From positions 260 to 64,259 of the forward strand of contig CALAVG010000112.1 of NCBI GenBank assembly GCA_937892275.1: a stretch of DNA of 64,000 nt, in the 5' to 3' direction. Below, piece by piece: positions 8,519 to 16,840 of the stretch; position 1 is the first letter of the stretch, and each line of letters begins with the position of its first letter. The notes under the pieces are model-generated. The model searched no databases. It saw only the letters and a list, made by a program, of their open reading frames with translations, and had not been told where the DNA came from. The DNA comes from an uncultured Methanomicrobiales archaeon. Its GTDB lineage: Archaea; Thermoplasmatota; Thermoplasmata; Methanomassiliicoccales; Methanomethylophilaceae. Both the position numbers and the translations under genes were made by a program.

Positions 8519-9730
8519 GTGATAAGGATGAGTCACTTGTTTGTTATGAAAAGAACTGGAAGAACAATGTTATTGTTCGTCGCAGTAGCTGTTTTGGCCT
8601 CAATTATTGCAATCTCCGCCATACCTGTCGATGAATCGGATGCCGGCAGGCGCGATCCCGGGAAGAAATGGGATATTGATTACCGTATCGATGGCAATAC
8701 AATGTATCTTGGGGAGAATGTTAACGGTCTGCTTGATTCAGGCGGTGCCATGGCTCCATGGTTTTTCATGCCTGAGGAAATAGACACCATAGTGATAGGT
8801 TCGGGCATTACCGAACTCGGCGATGTGCTTTACTGTTGTAACTTCGTCAAAACAATAATCCTGCCAGACTCCCTTCAGAAGATATCAGCTTTTAGTTTCT
8901 GCAGCTGTGAAAATCTTAAAAGTATCAACCTGCCGTCTACTTTGACGGAAATACCGAGCAATGCCTTCAACAATTGTAAATCGCTGACTAGTATACAGAT
9001 ACCGGCATCCGTGACGTCCATAGGCGAGGATGCTTTCTGGGGATGCGTCGAGTTGATGTATGTCAATTTCTCGGAACTGACAAATCTTACAGACATCGGG
9101 AAAGGTGCATTCAGTGCTTGCTATCAATTGCAGAACATAAAAATCCCGTCCTCAGTGAGGACCATCGGGGACACTGCGTTCTTCGGATGCAATTCAGTCA
9201 AGGAGATACACATCCTCGGCGATTCATGGAACATCGAGAGCATCGGAGAAAGGGCCTTTGCATTAGGACATGCGGATGCAAAAGACATACACAGTTTCGT
9301 AGTATCCAAATCGAATTTCGCAAATGGAAAACTCAACGGATCATCCAACTACCTTACTACCTTGGAATATGTGAGTGAGATGCCGGAATTCGAGCCTGAT
9401 CAAAAGGTCACGGTCTATTGGTATGATGGTAAAGGGGACCTTCTGTACATCGAATGGGAAGTCACATACAGCCAGATTATGTTCGACGGACTCAATCATC
9501 AGCTTCCGGAGCTCGAGGGAAGGACCTTCTGCGGATGGTATCCTAAATGCATTCCGCTTAAAGAACTGGTTGTCATGACTCCCCTGTTCACAATAGGGGA
9601 ACTCACCGGCATCGGTGGCAACGACGGTCTTAGCGGGTCAGATGACGAGACCCCGGTACAGTTGTACTGTGTCGTCGGGATCCTGGCCGCCGTGTTCGTC
9701 GGATTCATGGTGATGAACAGATACCGCTGA
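8519..9730 (+). CDS. BspA-type leucine-rich-repeat surface protein
   Basis: Signal-like N-terminus; ~23-aa repeats 'LxSIxIPxSVTxIGxxAFxxC'; C-terminal TM helix with basic tail. Confidence 0.9.
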   Translation: MIRMSHLFVMKRTGRTMLLFVAVAVLASIIAISAIPVDESDAGRRDPGKKWDIDYRIDGNTMYLGENVNGLLDSGGAMAPWFFMPEEIDTIVIGSGITELGDVLYCCNFVKTIILPDSLQKISAFSFCSCENLKSINLPSTLTEIPSNAFNNCKSLTSIQIPASVTSIGEDAFWGCVELMYVNFSELTNLTDIGKGAFSACYQLQNIKIPSSVRTIGDTAFFGCNSVKEIHILGDSWNIESIGERAFALGHADAKDIHSFVVSKSNFANGKLNGSSNYLTTLEYVSEMPEFEPDQKVTVYWYDGKGDLLYIEWEVTYSQIMFDGLNHQLPELEGRTFCGWYPKCIPLKELVVMTPLFTIGELTGIGGNDGLSGSDDETPVQLYCVVGILAAVFVGFMVMNRYR

Positions 9731-9754
9731 TATGAAACAACGTCTGGGGTTATT

Positions 9755-9780
9755 GGTCATGCAGATACGATCGCATGACC
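9755..9780 (+). terminator. Hairpin downstream of the LRR gene
   Basis: GGTCATGC / GCATGACC inverted repeat. Confidence 0.35.
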
Positions 9781-9856
9781 GCCCCTCATTCTCCTAACTT
9801 CTGGGACCATCACGGAATAACCTTTATTACCAATCTCTATTATCAAGTGTTCAGTT

Positions 9857-9928
9857 GCGATAGTGGTCCAACGGCTATGATCGGTGCTTCCCAAGCACCT
9901 GACCCGGGTTCGACTCCCGGCTATCGCA
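9857..9928 (+). tRNA. tRNA-Gly(CCC)
   Basis: GCGATAG...GGTGCTTCCCAAGCACC...GGTTCGACTCC...CTATCGCA; CCA not encoded. Confidence 0.96.
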
Positions 9929-9968
9929 CTCATCTACTTTTTTAAGAGGAAATTCATACACCCGAAGC

Positions 9969-11024
9969 ATGACGATCCTGGAGATTGACGGTTCAAGGGG
10001 CGAGGGAGGAGGACAGATGGTCCGCACATCCGTAGCCATGGCTACCGTTACCGGGATCACCACGCACCTCACCCGTATCAGGGAGAACAGGCCTACCAAC
10101 GGATTATCCAAACAGCACTGCGCAGCAGTAGATGCCGTGGCGCAGATGGCGGGCTCGACCGTAGAGGGCAACACGATCGGTTCTAGGGAACTCCTCTTCA
10201 CTCCAGGCAACGAGCAGAAGTATGATATCGAGATGAACATCGGTACGGCCGGAAGCCTCAGCCTGGTGCTGCAGGCCATGATGCTCGCGGCGAGGAATCA
10301 CAAGAAGAGGCTGACCGTGGACATCAGCGGAGGTACCAACGTCATGTGGGCCCCTCCGATAGACTCGTATCAGACGCTTCTGTTCCCCCTCATGAGGAGG
10401 ATGGGCATAGAGGCCAACGTGAAGATCATCGACCGCGGATTCTATCCCCAGGGTGGAGGACGCGTCATCATGACTCTGGATCCCATAGGGACCATCAAAC
10501 CCTTGGACATAGAGGAACTCGGAGAGCTGAAGAGCATCAAAGGAATATGCTTCAGCCAGCGCCTGCCCGAATGGATCAACAAGGACATGATCGCAAGCTG
10601 CAAGAAGACCCTCGAACCCTATGCGGATGTCGAGTTCGATATCCAGAAGACCGACGGTGACTCCCGCGGAGCGGGTATCGTCCTGACGGCGGAGTTCGAG
10701 AACGGTCTGCTCGGAAGCAATGCACTGACATCCCGCGGACACACCGCCGACAAGGCAGGGGAAGATGCGGCCAATGATCTCATCAGGGAGATGACCACCG
10801 GAGCCACCATGGATGTGCACACGGCGGATCAGGTCCTCCCGTACATGGCCATGTCTCAGGGAAAGAGCGGATTCAGCGTATCGAGGATCAGCAAACATCT
10901 ACTGAGCCAGATGGACACTTTGGAATCATTCCTCGACGTGAAGTTCGGAGTCGAGAGGAAGGACAACATCTACAGGTTCACCGTCACCCCGGGTGAGAAC
11001 AATGCGGCCGTTCATCCACGTTAA
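9969..11024 (+). CDS. rtcA: RNA 3'-terminal phosphate cyclase
   Basis: 'IDGSRGEGGGQ', 'RGFYPQGGG', 'DVHTADQ'. Confidence 0.95.
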   Translation: MTILEIDGSRGEGGGQMVRTSVAMATVTGITTHLTRIRENRPTNGLSKQHCAAVDAVAQMAGSTVEGNTIGSRELLFTPGNEQKYDIEMNIGTAGSLSLVLQAMMLAARNHKKRLTVDISGGTNVMWAPPIDSYQTLLFPLMRRMGIEANVKIIDRGFYPQGGGRVIMTLDPIGTIKPLDIEELGELKSIKGICFSQRLPEWINKDMIASCKKTLEPYADVEFDIQKTDGDSRGAGIVLTAEFENGLLGSNALTSRGHTADKAGEDAANDLIREMTTGATMDVHTADQVLPYMAMSQGKSGFSVSRISKHLLSQMDTLESFLDVKFGVERKDNIYRFTVTPGENNAAVHPR

Positions 11025-11634
11025 CTGCGCAATGTCCGCCGACGGTAAGCTCGCCGGCGAGGACCGCACGCAGGTCCGCATATCCTCGGACGAGGACAAG
11101 ACCCGCGTCAAGGGTATGAGAAAGCAGTTCGATTCCATCATGGTCGGAGTCGGCACAGTTCTTGCCGACGATCCACATCTCACCCTCAAGGACAGGGGAT
11201 ATGACACAAACCCCATCCGTATCGTCATAGACCCTCACGGCAGGACTCCTCAGGGCGCTCAGGTCCTCAACGACCGTGCACCCACGGTGATGATCACCCT
11301 AGAGACCTGCGATGTGATATGGAACTGCGACAAGATCATACGCGCTGGCACTGATACGATCGACCTGGACAGGGCGATGCAGGAACTGGCCGAGATGGGC
11401 ATAGAGAACATCCTCGTCGAAGGCGGCGGAGTGACCATATCGCATCTTTTCAGGAACAAGATGGTCGACCGCTACACTGTCTTCGTCGGCGGACTGATTA
11501 TCGGCGGAAAGAACGCTCCTACACCATGCGACGGCAACGGATGGGTCGCCGAGAACGGTATCAAGCTCAGGATCGAGGATTGCCAGATACTCGGCAACGG
11601 TGCCTTACTGACCTTCCTGCCTGTCTACGAGTAA
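11002..11634 (+). CDS. 2,5-diamino-6-ribosylamino-pyrimidinone 5'-phosphate reductase (RibD C-terminal family)
   Basis: 'AMSADGK', 'VGVGTVLADDPHLT', 'LVEGGG'. Confidence 0.9.
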   Translation: MRPFIHVNCAMSADGKLAGEDRTQVRISSDEDKTRVKGMRKQFDSIMVGVGTVLADDPHLTLKDRGYDTNPIRIVIDPHGRTPQGAQVLNDRAPTVMITLETCDVIWNCDKIIRAGTDTIDLDRAMQELAEMGIENILVEGGGVTISHLFRNKMVDRYTVFVGGLIIGGKNAPTPCDGNGWVAENGIKLRIEDCQILGNGALLTFLPVYE

Positions 11635-12390
11635 GGGCATTTTCGCAGCCGCTTTGGGCTCGAGGACGAATCTCACATAGTTGTAATCGGATCCGAAGAC
11701 CTCGCTGCTGGCAAGATCGTATGCCTTCCCGGTGGCATCCTCCATTATCCTCGAAAAGAATCCCCCGCAGTATTGGATGAGGATCCTTGCGGCCCCCTCT
11801 GTGAGCGGAACACTGTCCTTGACGATTATCGTCAACGGCCTAGAGGAGAATATACTGACCTCGCCCAATCCCATCTCCTTGAAGTAATTACGGGCATTGT
11901 CTATGGTATCCTCCAGGGTCGGACCGTTCAAAGTCCCTGACATGCTGGCACCATGGATGAATCCCATGATCTTAGCCATCGGATCCACGTTAAGTCCTAT
12001 TCCGTCGAATCCTAGGAATATGAATCTAGGAAGACTCTTGAGCATCTTCTCCGGATCCTGTGCCACTTTGGCGAGTATGTTGAAGGCGACCTCCCTCGAT
12101 TCATCTGATGAGGGGACGGATTTTCCGAACGGCAGAGATGTGAGCGTATAGTACTTCTTACGGCTGTCCTGAAGATCATCGTGGACACAGATGAGCTTGT
12201 CCTCGACCATCGAATCCAGATGCACAGACACGGTGGACTGGGCCTTCGAGACGCTCTTAGCGATCTCGGTGAGCGACATGTCCTTCTCCTGGAGGTTGTG
12301 AAGGATCTTCAGCTTCACATCGTTGGAAACCTGCACGGTCCCGTTGGAAGTGATATATAACTCAAAGTAACCAGAGTTCTCCTCTGCCAT
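11605..12390 (-). CDS. ArsR-type HTH regulator with V4R-like C-terminal domain
   Basis: 'SLTEIAKSVSKAQSTVSVHL...DSRKKYY'; divergent from mtnA. Confidence 0.75.
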   Translation of the reverse strand: MAEENSGYFELYITSNGTVQVSNDVKLKILHNLQEKDMSLTEIAKSVSKAQSTVSVHLDSMVEDKLICVHDDLQDSRKKYYTLTSLPFGKSVPSSDESREVAFNILAKVAQDPEKMLKSLPRFIFLGFDGIGLNVDPMAKIMGFIHGASMSGTLNGPTLEDTIDNARNYFKEMGLGEVSIFSSRPLTIIVKDSVPLTEGAARILIQYCGGFFSRIMEDATGKAYDLASSEVFGSDYNYVRFVLEPKAAAKMPLLVDRQEGQ

Positions 12391-12481
12391 ACGACTCCGT
12401 ATGCGGTTCGTATATTAAAGTTTCGCTATATATCTTCAAAATGTTTGTATATCTATGCTAAGATAGACCGATAGGTGCAAA

Positions 12482-13477
12482 ATGAGAGCCACAGTCAACG
12501 GAAAAGAATGCGATATCAGGGCAGTCTGGTTCGAGAACGGCAAGGTACGTATGATCGACCAGAGGGAACTCCCTGCGGAGATAGTGCTGGTCGACTTCGA
12601 CGATTATCTCGATATCGCCGAGGCAATCCGCAATATGACCACACGCGGCGCTCCGTCTATCGGGGCCACAGCGGCATATGCAATGTGTATGGCCGCACTG
12701 AAGGGATGCGACATCGACAAGGCCGCGAAGGACATCAAAGCGGCCAGACCCACGGCCAACGACCTCTTCTACGCCGTCGATCACATGTACGCCAAGCTCA
12801 AGGACGGGGCCGATCCCGTAGAGGCGGCCGACGGTTACGCCCAGATGATGGTGGACAAGTGCACCAAGATCGGAGAATACGGAGCCGAGCTCATAAAGGA
12901 CGGAATGAAACTCATGACCCACTGCAACGCCGGTGCATTGGCCACCGTGGATGTGGGAACAGCGCTCGCACCCATGAGGAAGGCCCACGAGCAGGGCAAA
13001 AAGTTCTTCGTGTACGCATCTGAGACAAGACCCCGTCTCCAGGGAATGCAGCTCACTGCATGGGAACTGAACCAGGAAGGCATCGACCACGCCATAATCC
13101 CCGACGGGGCATCGGCATACTACATGTCGCAGGGAGTCGACTTGATCATCACCGGAGCGGACAGGATTGCCGCCAACGGTGATGCTGCAAACAAGATCGG
13201 TACGTTCGACAAGGCCATCGTGGCGAAGCACTTCGGCATCCCGTTCTACATCGCTGCACCCATCTCCACATTCGATTTCAACACTAAGACAGGGAAGGAC
13301 ATAGTCATCGAACAGAGGTCAGAGACCGAGGTCACGATGGTGAAGGACATCAGGATCGCACCCGTGGGTTCCCCTGCACTGAATCCGGCATTCGATGTCA
13401 CCCCTGCCGAACTCATCACCGGATTCATCACAGAGAAGGGAATGTTCAAACCTAGCGAGATACACAAGGTGAGATGA
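12482..13477 (+). CDS. mtnA: Methylthioribose-1-phosphate isomerase
   Basis: 'RGAPSIG', 'RPTA', 'THCNAGALAT', 'ETRPRLQG', 'NKIGT', 'NPAFDVTP'. Confidence 0.93.
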   Translation: MRATVNGKECDIRAVWFENGKVRMIDQRELPAEIVLVDFDDYLDIAEAIRNMTTRGAPSIGATAAYAMCMAALKGCDIDKAAKDIKAARPTANDLFYAVDHMYAKLKDGADPVEAADGYAQMMVDKCTKIGEYGAELIKDGMKLMTHCNAGALATVDVGTALAPMRKAHEQGKKFFVYASETRPRLQGMQLTAWELNQEGIDHAIIPDGASAYYMSQGVDLIITGADRIAANGDAANKIGTFDKAIVAKHFGIPFYIAAPISTFDFNTKTGKDIVIEQRSETEVTMVKDIRIAPVGSPALNPAFDVTPAELITGFITEKGMFKPSEIHKVR

Positions 13478-14085
13478 TGAACGAGAGGTATGCCAGACAG
13501 GAACTCGTGAAGATCTGCAAGCTGCTCTACGACAGACAGCTCACGGTATCCGCCGGGGGTAACATGAGCATGAGGATAGCCGACTCCGAGATACTGATCA
13601 CCCCCTCCGGAAGGAACAAGGGGATGCTCGAACCCGAGGACCTGGTGCTCATCGATTCCAAAGGAAAGGTCCTGTCCTCAGGCAAACCCTCCATAGAGCA
13701 CAAGTTCCATCTCGCCCTCTACAACATGAACTACGATACGAACGCCATCATCCACTGCCACCCTCTCCACTGCGTGACACTCGCCGTGAAAGGCGAGAAG
13801 ATAAAGAGCAACATCACCCCAGAGGGCGTGCTACTCCTGGGAGAGGTCCCGATGATAGACTACTACACCCCGGGATCGAAGAAGCTGGTGGAGGCCGTGG
13901 CCGCACAGGGTCAGAGCAAGGCGATGCTCATGGCCAGGCACGGTGCGATTACACAGGGTAAGACCCTCGAAGAGGCATACAACAGGATGGAGGAGCTTGA
14001 ATTCCAGGCCAGACTCCAGCTCCTGTGCGGAGAAGGCGTCACCGATCTTCCCAAGAGGGAGATAACTAAACTTTCCAAGATGTGA
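13474..14085 (+). CDS. Class II aldolase/adducin family protein (FucA-like)
   Basis: 'GGNMS', 'ITPSG', 'PSIE', 'HCH', 'RHG' zinc ligands. Confidence 0.9.
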   Translation: MMNERYARQELVKICKLLYDRQLTVSAGGNMSMRIADSEILITPSGRNKGMLEPEDLVLIDSKGKVLSSGKPSIEHKFHLALYNMNYDTNAIIHCHPLHCVTLAVKGEKIKSNITPEGVLLLGEVPMIDYYTPGSKKLVEAVAAQGQSKAMLMARHGAITQGKTLEEAYNRMEELEFQARLQLLCGEGVTDLPKREITKLSKM

Positions 14086-14089
14086 TAAC

Positions 14090-15172
14090 ATGGCGATACT
14101 GGTCACGAAATGGTTCGGGGTTTTCCTTGTGGACGAGAGGTCCCACAGCATAGTCGACAGGAGGCTCATGCCCATGGACCCTGCCGTCGTTGCGGAGAAG
14201 CTCGCATCGATCCAGAGAGGAGGGATCCTCGACGAGGAGAGGGAGCTCGCGGCATTGGTCCCCGAGAAGCTCATGGTCGGCGACAGGAGACAATCCGAAC
14301 TGGGAAAACCGGAGCTGTTCGACTCGTCCTTCCTCACTCCTCAGAAGTTCGGATACGACGACGCGTTCATGCACGAGGCCATGATGGGCCTCGGTAAGCT
14401 GAGGACATCCGAGCCCGTCCCCAGGGACAAGAACCTGGTACAGGCAATCAGGAACCTGGACGACCAAATCGCCACGATCAACCTCTACAACGAGAGACTC
14501 CACGAGTGGTACGGGATGCACTTCCCGGAACTGGCCGATTATGCGAAGGACTCCAAGTATGCGGACCTCATAGCCAGATACGGCGACAGGGACGCCATAA
14601 TCGAAGAGCTCGGCATCGATATTCAATCCATCGGAGCGGACTTCAGCGACAAGGACATGCGTGCTGTGATGGACCTTGCGGACACACTCTGCCGTCTCTA
14701 CGACGACGAGGAGAGGACTGAGCAGTACATCCAAGAGATCGTCGAGGAGACCTGTCCCAACATGTGCGCCATCGTCGGAGGCCCCCTCGCAGCAAGGCTC
14801 ATATCCCTTTCCGGAGGACTGGAGAGACTGTCATCGCTCCCGTCATCTACCGTTCAGCTGCTCGGCGCCGAGAAGGCGATGTTCAGACATCTCAAATCGG
14901 GCAAGAGACCTCCAAAGCACGGTGTGATCTATCAGCACCCTGAAGTTCACAAGGCTCCCTATTGGCAGAGAGGGAACATAGCCCGTGCTCTTGCGGGAAA
15001 GATCCTCATAGCGGCCAAGGTCGATCAGTACAAGGGAGAGTTCTGCGGTGACAAGCTGAACGAGGAGTTCATGACAAGGGTCGAGGACATCAAGCGCAGA
15101 TATCCGGAAGCCCCCAAGAAGCCCCAGAAGAAGAACAAACCCAGGAACAGGGGAAAACCGAGTAGACACTGA
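14090..15172 (+). CDS. nop5: Box C/D sRNP protein Nop5 (Nop56/58)
   Basis: 'EWYGMHFPEL', 'QLLGAEKAMF', 'PPKHGVIYQHP'. Confidence 0.95.
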   Translation: MAILVTKWFGVFLVDERSHSIVDRRLMPMDPAVVAEKLASIQRGGILDEERELAALVPEKLMVGDRRQSELGKPELFDSSFLTPQKFGYDDAFMHEAMMGLGKLRTSEPVPRDKNLVQAIRNLDDQIATINLYNERLHEWYGMHFPELADYAKDSKYADLIARYGDRDAIIEELGIDIQSIGADFSDKDMRAVMDLADTLCRLYDDEERTEQYIQEIVEETCPNMCAIVGGPLAARLISLSGGLERLSSLPSSTVQLLGAEKAMFRHLKSGKRPPKHGVIYQHPEVHKAPYWQRGNIARALAGKILIAAKVDQYKGEFCGDKLNEEFMTRVEDIKRRYPEAPKKPQKKNKPRNRGKPSRH

Positions 15173-15263
15173 TTTACTTACCATTTTTCCGGAACGGAAT
15201 GGGAAGTACCTCCGATGCCCTATCGTTTACTTACTAAAAAACGGAAGATATCGTTACAATTCA

Positions 15264-15433
15264 GGAGCCACCCATAACTGATTCTGGATTATCCTCTGTC
15301 TGAGGACAGATATAGGATTGTGGTTCTAGGACGACTGCGATATTACCATGGGATTCAGAACCCGTGGGCGCAATACCGCCCCTGCTTAACAGCGGCTATA
15401 GTCAACCGGAACGTACAAAAGCTCCCTTTTTTT
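15264..15433 (+). ncRNA. Candidate multi-stem structured RNA
   Basis: Several helices with G-U pairs on the + strand, a possible pseudoknot and a terminal T7 run. Confidence 0.45.
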
Positions 15434-15479
15434 CTAAATAATATTATAAGGGCAGTTGACATAGCCTTTGCCAGATAAC

Positions 15480-15548
15480 ATGAGGTCAGTAAAGACTTAC
15501 GACTTACATGTGTTCGCTTCCAGAAGGGAAGTGAACTTCCGGCCATGA
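15480..15548 (+). promoter_or_regulatory. Candidate 22-aa leader peptide (uORF) in the structured leader of the aIF5A operon
   Basis: ATG...CGG CCA TGA encoding MRSVKTYDLHVFASRREVNFRP; TATA-like TATTATAA at 15442-15449. Confidence 0.35.
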
Positions 15549-15585
15549 GTGCTGGATCGAATATTTCCAAAGGATAGTGAAACCA

Positions 15586-15963
15586 ATGTGGGAGATGAAA
15601 GAGATCAGAGAGCTGAAAGAGGGAAGGTATGTCAACGTTGACGAGGAGCCTTGTAAGATCGTCAAGATTACGACATCCAAACCCGGAAAGCACGGATCCG
15701 CAAAGGCGAACATCGATGCAGTCAGCATCTTCACCGGAGCAAAGAAATCCATCGTTGGACCTGTCAGCACAAAAGTTCAGGTCCCCATGATCGACAAGAG
15801 GAAGGGACAGATCCTGTCCATCACAGGAGACGAGGCGCTCGTCATGGATCTTGAGACCTTCGAGAACCTTTCCATCGTTATCAACGACGACGCTGAGCAG
15901 AAGATCGAGGAAGGAGCAGAACTCCTGTACCTCGTCGCGATGGGCAGATACAAGTTCATGTGA
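15586..15963 (+). CDS. eif5a: Translation factor aIF5A
   Basis: Hypusine motif 'SKPGKHGSAK'; alternative GTG start at 15577. Confidence 0.97.
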   Translation: MWEMKEIRELKEGRYVNVDEEPCKIVKITTSKPGKHGSAKANIDAVSIFTGAKKSIVGPVSTKVQVPMIDKRKGQILSITGDEALVMDLETFENLSIVINDDAEQKIEEGAELLYLVAMGRYKFM

Positions 15964-16838
15964 GGACTGGTAAGATATCATACGGACTCGGATATGCGGG
16001 AGCAGACTCGGAATACGAGGATGCGGAGATCGTCATATTCGGAGTCCAGTATGATCATACCGCCTGCTTCAAGGCAGGCGCCAGGGAAGGACCCACCGCC
16101 ATCAGGCGGGCCTCCTATAATTTTGAAGAGATACATTTCGAGCACGGCATCCACCAGGAGCTGCCTGCAATATGCGATTACGGGAACGTCGACGATTTCG
16201 TCGTCCCGGAGGACATGGTCCAGGAGGTCGACTTCGCAGTAGGTCCCGCCATCAGGGACGGGAAATTCCCCATCACCATCGGCGGAGAGCATTCCGTGAA
16301 TGTCCCGGTTGTCAGGAACTTCAACGCTGACGACATAGCCGTGATCTCGATCGATGCCCATCTGGATTCCAGGGACGAGTATCTCGGTACGCCCCTGAGC
16401 CACGCGTGCATCATGAGACGTGCTTCCGAACATGTGGGCATAGAGAACACATATGTCCTCGGCTGCCGCGCCATAGGCGAGGAGGAGCTTGACAGGGACG
16501 ATGTCATCCCGTTCATCAGTGCCTATGAGATCTTCGACAACGGTATCGAGTGGGCCATCAAGAAGGCGCTCGACAGCGTGAAGCACGAGCACATCTACCT
16601 CACCATAGACATCGACGGTATCGACCCCGCTTACGCACCCGGAACCGGTACGCCCGAACCCTTCGGACTGCACCCGTACGACGTGAAGAAGGTCATCAAC
16701 GCCGTAGGTGACAGATTGGTAGGATTCGATGTGTGCGAGGTGTGTCCCCCTGCGGATCCGTCAGGAATAACCGCTATTCTGGGAGCCAGGCTCATCAACG
16801 AAGCAATAGCCATTCACGCCAAGAATCTGAGGCAGTGA
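15960..16838 (+). CDS. speB: Agmatinase
   Basis: 'GGEHS', 'DAHLD', 'DIDGIDPAYAPGTGTPEPFG'. Confidence 0.93.
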   Translation: MRTGKISYGLGYAGADSEYEDAEIVIFGVQYDHTACFKAGAREGPTAIRRASYNFEEIHFEHGIHQELPAICDYGNVDDFVVPEDMVQEVDFAVGPAIRDGKFPITIGGEHSVNVPVVRNFNADDIAVISIDAHLDSRDEYLGTPLSHACIMRRASEHVGIENTYVLGCRAIGEEELDRDDVIPFISAYEIFDNGIEWAIKKALDSVKHEHIYLTIDIDGIDPAYAPGTGTPEPFGLHPYDVKKVINAVGDRLVGFDVCEVCPPADPSGITAILGARLINEAIAIHAKNLRQ

Positions 16839-16840
16839 AC

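Noticed and set aside
15325..15405. Group I intron core (GACTG...TATAGTC resembles P7)
   Set aside because: Too short, no interrupted gene and no recognisable P3-P6; kept only as an unknown structured RNA
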